From: Flavobacteriales bacterium
GTDB lineage: Bacteria > Bacteroidota > Bacteroidia > Flavobacteriales_F > PHOS-HE28
Direction of reading: 5' to 3'
Assembly (NCBI GenBank): GCA_016710685.1
Contig: JADJVC010000002.1
Coordinates: 701,031-765,030 of the forward strand
Length of the DNA: 64,000 nucleotides
Part shown: positions 57,246 to 64,000 of the stretch, piece after piece
How positions within the stretch are numbered: the stretch's first letter is position 1
Layout of the letters: each line of letters opens with the position of its first letter
Position numbers and translations under genes: made by a program
Notes under the pieces: generated by a model
Database searches by the model: none
What the model was told of the DNA's origin: nothing
Seen by the model: only the letters and a program-made list of their open reading frames with translations

Positions 57246-58775
57246 ATGAGGTTGACTTGGGCCATCATTGCATTTTGGATGGCATTTGGCCATGCACAGG
57301 GCCAAAGCTGGATCTGCCAGTCACCGCTTATGACCGACAAAGTTGTCGTAGGCACATGGAGTGAGACCTTGTTGCCATTCGCCCAATGTGTAAACAGCGC
57401 TTGTGCTGTGCAAGGCGACACGCTTTTGATGCGCGTTTACAAACCCACAAGTTTGTTGAGCGGCGATCCCTTGCCGGCGAAACTACCTTTTATGCTCATG
57501 CTATCAGGTGGTGGATTTTTGCGCGGGGACCACGACCTCAAGCAATGGCCTGAAGCCTTTACCCGGCGTGGCTTTCTGGTCGCGACGATTGACTACCGAG
57601 TAGGCTGGGATGTGAATGGGGACGGGTTGGTCAATGAACAAGATGATTCGGACGATGATGACATAGACCCATCGGATTGCGTGGGTGACTTCAACACATT
57701 CTTGCGAGCCGTTATTCGATCTGCGAATGATGCGGACAAGGCCGTTCGCTATATCATCGGGAATCCTGATCTTTATCCGATAGACACTTCCTTGATGTAC
57801 ACGGGTGGTCCAAGTGCTGGGGGGTCATTAGGATTGATGATGGGATTATCCACAGAGGCAGAGCGGTTGGCGCTCTGGGACCAGATCGTACCCGGTTCAG
57901 TTCCGTTGATTCACAACCCGTGTGATATGAGCGTGGACCCCATTCCTTGTCTTGCTATGTTGAACGGCGCGGATACGGTGCCATGGTATGATGGGAGCTA
58001 CCGTTTTCGGGGAGTAGTGAACTGTTGGGGGCAATACTTGATGGACCTGAATTCAGATGCCATTCAAGCCGCCCATGGCGATGTTTCAGTAATTAATTTT
58101 TATGGTGCTTTGGATCGCGTTGATCCACCCTACACTGGTGCGGGCTACGATTGTGCTGGCGGTGCACCTGGTATGGGCAGCATACGTATCCATGAAATCC
58201 AGATCGCCCATGGAAACTGCTCGCAATTATTCGATGATCCAGATGCGGTGCATAAAGCGGTGTTTCTAGACGGTACGGAAACCGCCACTCCTTTGGAGGC
58301 ATCTATTCTAAGGAACGACCGGTCCTTGTTCATTGCTAAACGAGCATGCTGTTTTTTCAAGAGCGCAATCTGCGGCACTCCCTGCTCGTATCCGCAAGCT
58401 TTTGTAATGGATGAAGTAGGCGATTGGGAACAAGCTTGGTACAATGTGGAAGGGCGCGATCGTGGAGAACCAAGAGGTTGCCAATCCGACGGTACATTGA
58501 CTTTTGGTCCCATTCTTCCAGATGGTGCATTTGAAAATGGTGACCTTTTGATCTCGCCGAATCCCAGCTATGGTCCAGTGCAGATCGCATGGGAAACTGA
58601 CAACCCCAAAGCCGTAGTAACCGTTCGAGATGCCCAAGGACGCATGGTGTTCCAGGAAAAAGTCGGGAACAACGAATTCGCTTTCGACAGCTCGGTCCTT
58701 GAGGATGGCGTGTACATTGTTGAGGCTGCGGATTTCGGTTTGCGCTACACCGGTCGGCTAATGGTGATGCACTAA
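57246..58775 (+). CDS. Alpha/beta-hydrolase (esterase/lipase-like) with T9SS C-terminal sorting domain
   Basis: Signal peptide. Oxyanion-hole-like LSGGGF. Nucleophile elbow GGPSAGG. C-terminal CTD …VYIVEAADFGLRYTGRLMVMH. Lower GC. Confidence 0.65.
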   Translation: MRLTWAIIAFWMAFGHAQGQSWICQSPLMTDKVVVGTWSETLLPFAQCVNSACAVQGDTLLMRVYKPTSLLSGDPLPAKLPFMLMLSGGGFLRGDHDLKQWPEAFTRRGFLVATIDYRVGWDVNGDGLVNEQDDSDDDDIDPSDCVGDFNTFLRAVIRSANDADKAVRYIIGNPDLYPIDTSLMYTGGPSAGGSLGLMMGLSTEAERLALWDQIVPGSVPLIHNPCDMSVDPIPCLAMLNGADTVPWYDGSYRFRGVVNCWGQYLMDLNSDAIQAAHGDVSVINFYGALDRVDPPYTGAGYDCAGGAPGMGSIRIHEIQIAHGNCSQLFDDPDAVHKAVFLDGTETATPLEASILRNDRSLFIAKRACCFFKSAICGTPCSYPQAFVMDEVGDWEQAWYNVEGRDRGEPRGCQSDGTLTFGPILPDGAFENGDLLISPNPSYGPVQIAWETDNPKAVVTVRDAQGRMVFQEKVGNNEFAFDSSVLEDGVYIVEAADFGLRYTGRLMVMH

Positions 58776-58866
58776 GGAGGGTGCCCGTAAAGGTTCGTTT
58801 CTTTCCTTTGTACACCTCATCCAATAGACTTGAGCCGAGTGCTACGGGCCACCAGCAAATCACTGC

Positions 58867-59949
58867 ATGAACCTATTCCGAAATTTCAAGTCCGTTACCA
58901 AAACGTGCTATGGCCGTGGTTCCTTCGATAGGTTGGGGGAGATATTGGAGCCGCAGCGTGGGGTGAACGGACAGTTCATGGTCTTCGTGGTTGATGACTA
59001 CTTCGCCGACAAAGAGGACTTCAAAAAGCGCATTCCTGCCCGTTCCGAAGATGAGGTCCACTTCATCAGTTCTTTGAAAGAGCCAAGCACTGTGCAGATC
59101 GATGCGCTGCGCGATGATGTATTGGCCCGTCGCGGCATGCCTGCGGGCATTGTGGGCATCGGCGGAGGCACGTTGATGGACATCGCAAAGGCCACCTCGT
59201 TGATGTTCACCAACGAAGGCAGTAGCGTTCCGTTTCAGGGGCTGAACTTGATAAAAAAGCCCGGCATCTACCATTGTGGTGTGCCCACCATCAGCGGAAC
59301 GGGCGCGGAGGTAAGCATGACGGCAGTGCTCACCGGACCGGTGAAAAAGCTTGGCTTGAAATGCGATTGGACGGTCTTTGACCAGATCGTTTTGGATCCG
59401 GACCTAATTGCGACCGTGCCGCAAGACCAGTGGTTTTACACGGGCATGGACACGTTCATACACAGTGTGGAAGCGATCACCGGCACGAAGAAGAACACCT
59501 TCGCGGAAGCGTATAGCGAAAAGGCCTTGGAACTGTGCCGCGAGGTATACATGAAACGCGATCGGAAGGACCCCAAGAGCGATGAGCTCCTGATGGTTGC
59601 GAGTTACATGGGCGGACTTAGTCTTACGTACAGCGAGGTGGGCGTTTGCCATGCTTTGAGCTACGGATTAGGCAAAGTGCTGGAGATCCACCATTGCTTG
59701 GCCAACTGCATCGCCTTCGATAAGTTGGAAGACGTTTACGGTGATTACGTGCAGGAATTTAAGGGCATGGTGAAGCACAATGGTGTAACCGTGCCGCAAG
59801 GCCTGGCCAAGGATTGGAGCGAAGAAACCATCAGCGCCATGGCGGAAGTTGCTTACAACTTGCCGCACATGTGGGACCATGCCTTCGGGCCGGAATGGGA
59901 GAAGGTGCTGGACCGCGAGCGGATCAAGGGGTGGTACCGCAGGATGTGA
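58867..59949 (+). CDS. Iron-containing alcohol dehydrogenase / dehydroquinate-synthase-like superfamily oxidoreductase
   Basis: NAD(P)-binding GIGGGTLMDIAKA. Metal-binding His residues (…HSVEAITG…CHALSYGLG…). 360 aa. Confidence 0.75.
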   Translation: MNLFRNFKSVTKTCYGRGSFDRLGEILEPQRGVNGQFMVFVVDDYFADKEDFKKRIPARSEDEVHFISSLKEPSTVQIDALRDDVLARRGMPAGIVGIGGGTLMDIAKATSLMFTNEGSSVPFQGLNLIKKPGIYHCGVPTISGTGAEVSMTAVLTGPVKKLGLKCDWTVFDQIVLDPDLIATVPQDQWFYTGMDTFIHSVEAITGTKKNTFAEAYSEKALELCREVYMKRDRKDPKSDELLMVASYMGGLSLTYSEVGVCHALSYGLGKVLEIHHCLANCIAFDKLEDVYGDYVQEFKGMVKHNGVTVPQGLAKDWSEETISAMAEVAYNLPHMWDHAFGPEWEKVLDRERIKGWYRRM

Positions 59950-59981
59950 TCTGAACAACGTTCGTAACCGAAAAATCGCGC

Positions 59982-60707
59982 TTACTGATTTGCGTGTTCA
60001 GCTCTCGGAGTGCCCGGTTTGGCTGGAAACACGTAGGCTACCCCTGCGGTCAAGTGAGCTTCCCACATATGCAATGCTCCAACTTCCACAAGAGGGGATG
60101 TAAATGACCGGGAAAGCAAGAGGGTTCCGTAAAGTTTGAATTTTTCGGAAAGTTGTTTGTTCCAAAACAAACGGCCTTGAAGGCTGAAAGAAACGTCATT
60201 AACCGTGCCAGTTGCAGAGCCATCCAAGAGTTCTGGCCCTTTCACCAGTTTATCATCGTTGAACAAGGACAATTCCCCTTTTTGTTGGGAGCCAAGCATG
60301 AACGATGCTGCGGGACCTACGGAAAACCACCAAGTTCCATCATCGGTAGCTCGCCACCAAGGACCAGCGTAGAGTTCCACATTGTTCGTTTGTATATCCA
60401 CGGTTCTAACCGAAGTATTTTTCTGACCCTTCAAGGTTTGCGTTAACCCGAATGCACGATGTAGAAATGCTACTTCCGTGCACAGCCCGGAATAGAAATA
60501 ACCACTTTGCGGCCAAGGCAATCGGAATGCAATACCCGAACGCCAACCCCCCAAGCCGGCATCAATATCGGCATCGGCAACATCCGAAACGGCATTTTGG
60601 CTGATCCAAGTGTAGGTTGGCCCCGCATTTACGATCACCTCTGTTTGCGCGTCCAATACCCCGCTGGCTAAAATCAAACTAAAGAGGAGGGTGTACTTCG
60701 AAACCAT
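59982..60707 (-). CDS. Outer-membrane beta-barrel protein (OmpW/porin-like)
   Basis: Signal peptide MVSKYTLLFSLILASGVLDAQ. Alternating amphipathic strands. Aromatic-rich. Confidence 0.5.
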   Translation of the reverse strand: MVSKYTLLFSLILASGVLDAQTEVIVNAGPTYTWISQNAVSDVADADIDAGLGGWRSGIAFRLPWPQSGYFYSGLCTEVAFLHRAFGLTQTLKGQKNTSVRTVDIQTNNVELYAGPWWRATDDGTWWFSVGPAASFMLGSQQKGELSLFNDDKLVKGPELLDGSATGTVNDVSFSLQGRLFWNKQLSEKFKLYGTLLLSRSFTSPLVEVGALHMWEAHLTAGVAYVFPAKPGTPRAEHANQ

Positions 60708-60789
60708 GCTATGCCTTGGGTCAAAGCTATTCAGACCGTGCTATCCTTGGCAATAGTACCGAATGAAATTCTTAAACACTGTCAACTCT

Positions 60790-61386
60790 TCAAAACTCAG
60801 TTCCCATCACCCGTACCAAAGTAATCCGGTCCAACTGGTGCCCACCGGCAAATTGAATAGTGCGCTGTTTTAGCGCGCTTTCGCGCATTGTTTGCTGGTT
60901 CCGCAGCAGCACGTCCTCTTTCGTGACGGCATCCGAAGTTCCGTGTACCAGCGTGAGTTCCGTTTTTCCGAACGCACGCTTGAGTTCATCTGGTTTGAGT
61001 TCCGGCGGCATGGTACCGGACCACAGCACGGCTTTCGCAAACGTGGTTTTCCCTCGCACGGCCCAACGACAAGCAGTGGCCACGCCCTGTGAAAAGCCGA
61101 GGACGTTCACCGGAACGGGTTTTCCGCATTCGGCCAGCAATCGTTGCACCAAATGGTCAAGGTATTCCACTTGATCGGCCATTTCATGTTCGCGGTCTTC
61201 GCGCGTCATCCACGTGGCGCCTACGCGGGTGTGGGCTTCATCGGTGTAGAACCGTGAAAGTGCTTCGGGCGCGGCGATGAAACGGCCTGTTTCCAAGCCT
61301 ACGAACGGGCGGATGAAGAAGCGCGCCAACTGCCCATAGCCATGGAGCACGACCCAGATCTCCGCAGCGCTACGGGCATTGCCCAT
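60790..61386 (-). CDS. Phospholipase/carboxylesterase-family alpha/beta hydrolase
   Basis: From MGNARSAAEIWVVLHGYGQ… (HG oxyanion motif). Nucleophile GFSQGV. About 198 aa. The track ORF is extended upstream to 61650 through the neighbour's coding region. Confidence 0.6.
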   Translation of the reverse strand: MGNARSAAEIWVVLHGYGQLARFFIRPFVGLETGRFIAAPEALSRFYTDEAHTRVGATWMTREDREHEMADQVEYLDHLVQRLLAECGKPVPVNVLGFSQGVATACRWAVRGKTTFAKAVLWSGTMPPELKPDELKRAFGKTELTLVHGTSDAVTKEDVLLRNQQTMRESALKQRTIQFAGGHQLDRITLVRVMGTEF

Positions 61387-61438
61387 GGTGTGGAAACGCG
61401 CTGTGCGCGGTACGCGGATGAATCGCTCCTCCACCGGA

Positions 61439-63537
61439 TCAGTAAGCCAAAAGTTCACCGAGCACGGCACCGACTTTTTCCGCGCTGGGCACCATGGCAG
61501 CTTCCAATGTGGAGTTGAGCGGAATGGCGGGCATGTCTTGCGCGCCGATGGTCCGCACAGGTGCGCCGAGATGTTCAAAACATTCCGAAGCAATGCGGCC
61601 GGCCAGTGCTTGTGCGAAGGAATTGGTAACGGCTTCTTCAGTAACCACAAGGCAACGGCCGTGCGCTTTTACAGCGGCCATAACGGTTTCTTCGTCCAAG
61701 GGTACCGGCGTGCGCAAGTCGATTATGGTGACACGACCGGGGAATTCCTTCGCCGCGGTCTTAGCCCAGTACACGCCCATTCCGTAGGTGACGATCACTG
61801 CGGCTTGTCCATTTTCCAAGTGGTCCCCTTCAGCTTGCTGCACAATGCGCGCTTTTCCGAAAGGGATGACATAGTCTGCAGATGGCTCAATGCTTTTAGC
61901 CTCTTCGGTCCCCGGAAGTTTGCTCCAGTACAGGCCTTTGTGCTCCAGCATCACCACGGGATTCGGGTCGAGATAGGCGGCTTTCATCAAACCCTTGAGG
62001 TCCGCGCCGGTGCTGGGGTAAGCCACCTTGATGCCTTTAATGTTGCAGAGAATGCTCTCCACGCTGCTGCTGTGATAAGGCCCACCACTTCCGTAGGCTC
62101 CGATGGGCACGCGCATGATGCTGCTCACCGGCCATTTGCCATTGGAGAGGTAGCAGCTACGGGCAACTTCGGTGAAAAGTTGGTTCAGCCCCGGCCAGAT
62201 GTAGTCTGCGAATTGTACCTCCACGATCGGCTTCAATCCTGCGGCACTCATGCCCACGGTGCTTCCGATGATGAAGGCTTCCTGGATCGGCGTATTGAAA
62301 ACGCGATGGTCGCCGAAGTCGCGGCCCAGTGTAGCCGCCTCGCGGAACACCCCGCCCAAGCGTGCGCCCACGTCCTGTCCATACAGCAGGCATCGCGGGT
62401 CTTGTTGCATCAGTTCGCGGATAGCGAACAGCGCACAGTCCACCATCAACGTGGGCTCGTTTCCTTTCGGCGCGCGCTCGCCGGTTTCTTCGGTCACAGG
62501 CGTAGGCGCGAACATGTGCGTGAAGAGGTCCTCGGGCCGTGGGTCTTCAGCGGCTTTGGCCAGTTCATAGTCCGCTTTACGGTGGCGATGGCCCTTTTCT
62601 CCAATTCCTTCAGGCCTTGAAGTTGAATGCCGAAGTCGAGCAATTGCTGGAAGAAGCGTGGTTGTGGGTCGCGCTTGCGGTGCTCGGCAAGGTCTTTTTC
62701 GTCCCGGTAGAATTCCATCCGTACCCCGCTGGTGTGGTGGTTCAGCAAGGGAACTTTGGCGTGAACGAGGAACGGTCTGCGTTCGCTCCGCACGGTGGCG
62801 ATCACACTGTGCAAGGCAGCGTAACATGCGGCGAAGTCGGTGCCATCGAGCTCGATCACTTCCAGGCCGGGAAAGCCTTGCGCAAATTGGGCTGCGTCGC
62901 CAGCGCGGATCTCCTTCGCAGTGGCGCTGATGTCCCATTCATTGTCCTGCACCAGGTAAATGATGGGCAGTTGTTTCAGCGCGGCCATGTGGAGCGCTTC
63001 GGCGACCTCTCCCTCGGTCATGGCGGCGTCGCCGATGGAGCAGACCACAATGGGTGCTTCGCCCCGTATATCGTGTGCGATGCCGGCTTTCTCTTTGTAC
63101 TGGATGCCGAGCGCCACGCCGGTCGTAGGTATGGCCTGCATGCCTGTCGCGCTGCTCTGGTGCGGGATTTTCGGCATGTCATCGCGACGCAGGCTGGGGT
63201 GGCAATAGTAGGAGCGGCCCCCGCTGAAGGGGTCGTCGCGTTTCGCCATCAATTGCAGCATCAGTTCGTAGGGCCGCAAGCCGATGCCAAGTAAAATGCT
63301 GTCATCCCGATAATAGGGTGCCACGAAATCCTGCGGCTTCAATTGCAGGCCGAGTGCGAGCTGTATGGCCTCATGGCCGCGCGATGTGGCGTGGACGTAC
63401 TTGCTGGTGAACTTTGCGTTCTCCTCGTAGATGTCCGTCATGGCCTTGGCGGTGCACATGAGTTCCCAAGCTTTCAGGAGGGTTTCATGCGTAAGGACGG
63501 CTTCTTCCTGTGGCGTGCGGATGATGGTAGCGGGCAT
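61439..63537 (-). CDS. Second fused 2-oxoacid dehydrogenase E1 alpha/beta gene, split by a frameshift between the alpha and beta moieties
   Basis: Alpha part 62494..63537 (from MPATIIRTPQEE…, ThDP motif GDAAMTEGEVAE…VQDNEWD). Beta part in another frame from …KADYELAKAAEDPRPEDLFTHMFAPTPVTEE to the end. The shift is near 62570..62590 (ccgctttacgg). Collinear with the intact paralog at 51718..53742. Confidence 0.7.
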
Positions 63538-63580
63538 GGTTTGGATCAAGGCTGCAAAGTAGGGAAGCTGGGTGGAAGGA

Positions 63581-63710
63581 GTTGTCGGTTGTCGGTCGGC
63601 AGCGGCAGTAGCAGTAGGCAGTGGCAGTGGCATTAGGCTGTGGCAGTAGGCAGTTGGCAGCGGCAGCCGTCTAATCGCCAGTCACCATCAACCGACCACC
63701 AAGTCCTTAC
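63581..63710. repeat. Hexamer/heptamer tandem repeats (GGCAGT/GGCAGC x~10, GTTGTCG x2) in the region upstream of the E1 gene
   Basis: gttgtcggttgtcggtcggcagcggcagtagcagtaggcagtggcagtggcattaggctgtggcagtaggcagttggcagcggcagcc. Confidence 0.55.
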
Positions 63711-63994
63711 TTCTTTCCGCCATCCAGTGAAAAGAGTACGCTTTGCACGGCCCACATCACCACGCTGAATGCGAGTGCCCACCAAAACCCGTCCACAGTG
63801 AAACCTGGCACTATGCGGGCTGCCAAGAGCACCATGGCCGCATTGATCACAAGCACGAACAGTCCCAAGGTGAGCAGTGTTACCGGCAAGGTGAGCAGCA
63901 GCAAAATGGGGCGCAGCACGCCGTTCAGCAGGCCGAGCACCACCGCCACGAGCAGTCCAGTTTTTAGATCGATCGCGGAAACGCCACTGAGCAA
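63707..63994 (-). CDS. Phage-holin-family-4 / YvlD (DUF360)-like small membrane protein
   Basis: …LRPILLLLTLPVTLLTLGLFVLVINAAMVLLAARIVPGFTVDGFWWA… matches the holin_4/YvlD signature (RPILxxLTLPxTxLTLGLFxLVINA…VPGFxVDGFW). Confidence 0.55.
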   Translation of the reverse strand: MLSGVSAIDLKTGLLVAVVLGLLNGVLRPILLLLTLPVTLLTLGLFVLVINAAMVLLAARIVPGFTVDGFWWALAFSVVMWAVQSVLFSLDGGKK

Positions 63995-64000
63995 CAGGTC

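Overview
This window is a high-GC (about 58-60%) chromosome segment that looks like it comes from a Bacteroidota genome. Three things point that way. Several secreted proteins end in type IX secretion system (T9SS) C-terminal sorting domains. The bamD-rpoZ-coaBC-DUF4835 gene order is characteristic of the phylum. There are fused 2-oxoacid dehydrogenase E1 alpha/beta genes and a carboxypeptidase-regulatory-domain TonB-dependent receptor. Most of the window is housekeeping: rarA, pyrG, recR, uvrA, nth, mnmA, aat, cutC, kdsA, an E2 acyltransferase, an ECF sigma factor and SUI1. The accessory or unusual parts are as follows. (1) A tRNA-Asp(GTC) gene at 38931..39004 whose 3' end is partly duplicated twice as direct repeats at about 34.79 and 34.90 kb, each next to a terminator-like hairpin. 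The repeats bracket a roughly 4 kb segment with a Bacteroidetes Xis-like HTH gene, a Zn-ribbon protein, an ORF-poor GC-rich structured stretch, and no integrase. This looks like a decayed integrated element. (2) A second scar at 47.6-48.6 kb with a tyrosine-recombinase box II remnant (LGHASTRTTEIYAH) and a multiply frameshifted VOC/glyoxalase gene. (3) A recurring class of intergenic palindromes whose arms are built from tandem 6-7 nt units (GTTGTCA, AATTCCT, GGTGATT, CCACAAG, GGCAGT, GACATMA), including a nested inverted repeat just upstream of the kdsC-like gene. (4) A non-canonical KDO neighbourhood, kdsA - FSA/transaldolase-fold gene - standalone CBS-pair gene - KdsC-like HAD, with no SIS-domain KdsD. 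(5) Single-base frameshifts in five genes: a T9SS cargo gene, a TPR/PD40/OmpA-like gene at an A-run, an FAH gene at a T-run, one of two fused E1 alpha/beta genes, and the VOC gene. There is also a 13-A homopolymer inside a surface-protein CDS. No CRISPR array or rRNA is present. The ORF track reports TTG/GTG starts as M (checked at 29..31, 51578..51580 and 5884..5886), so I re-derived several starts from signal peptides and conserved N-termini.
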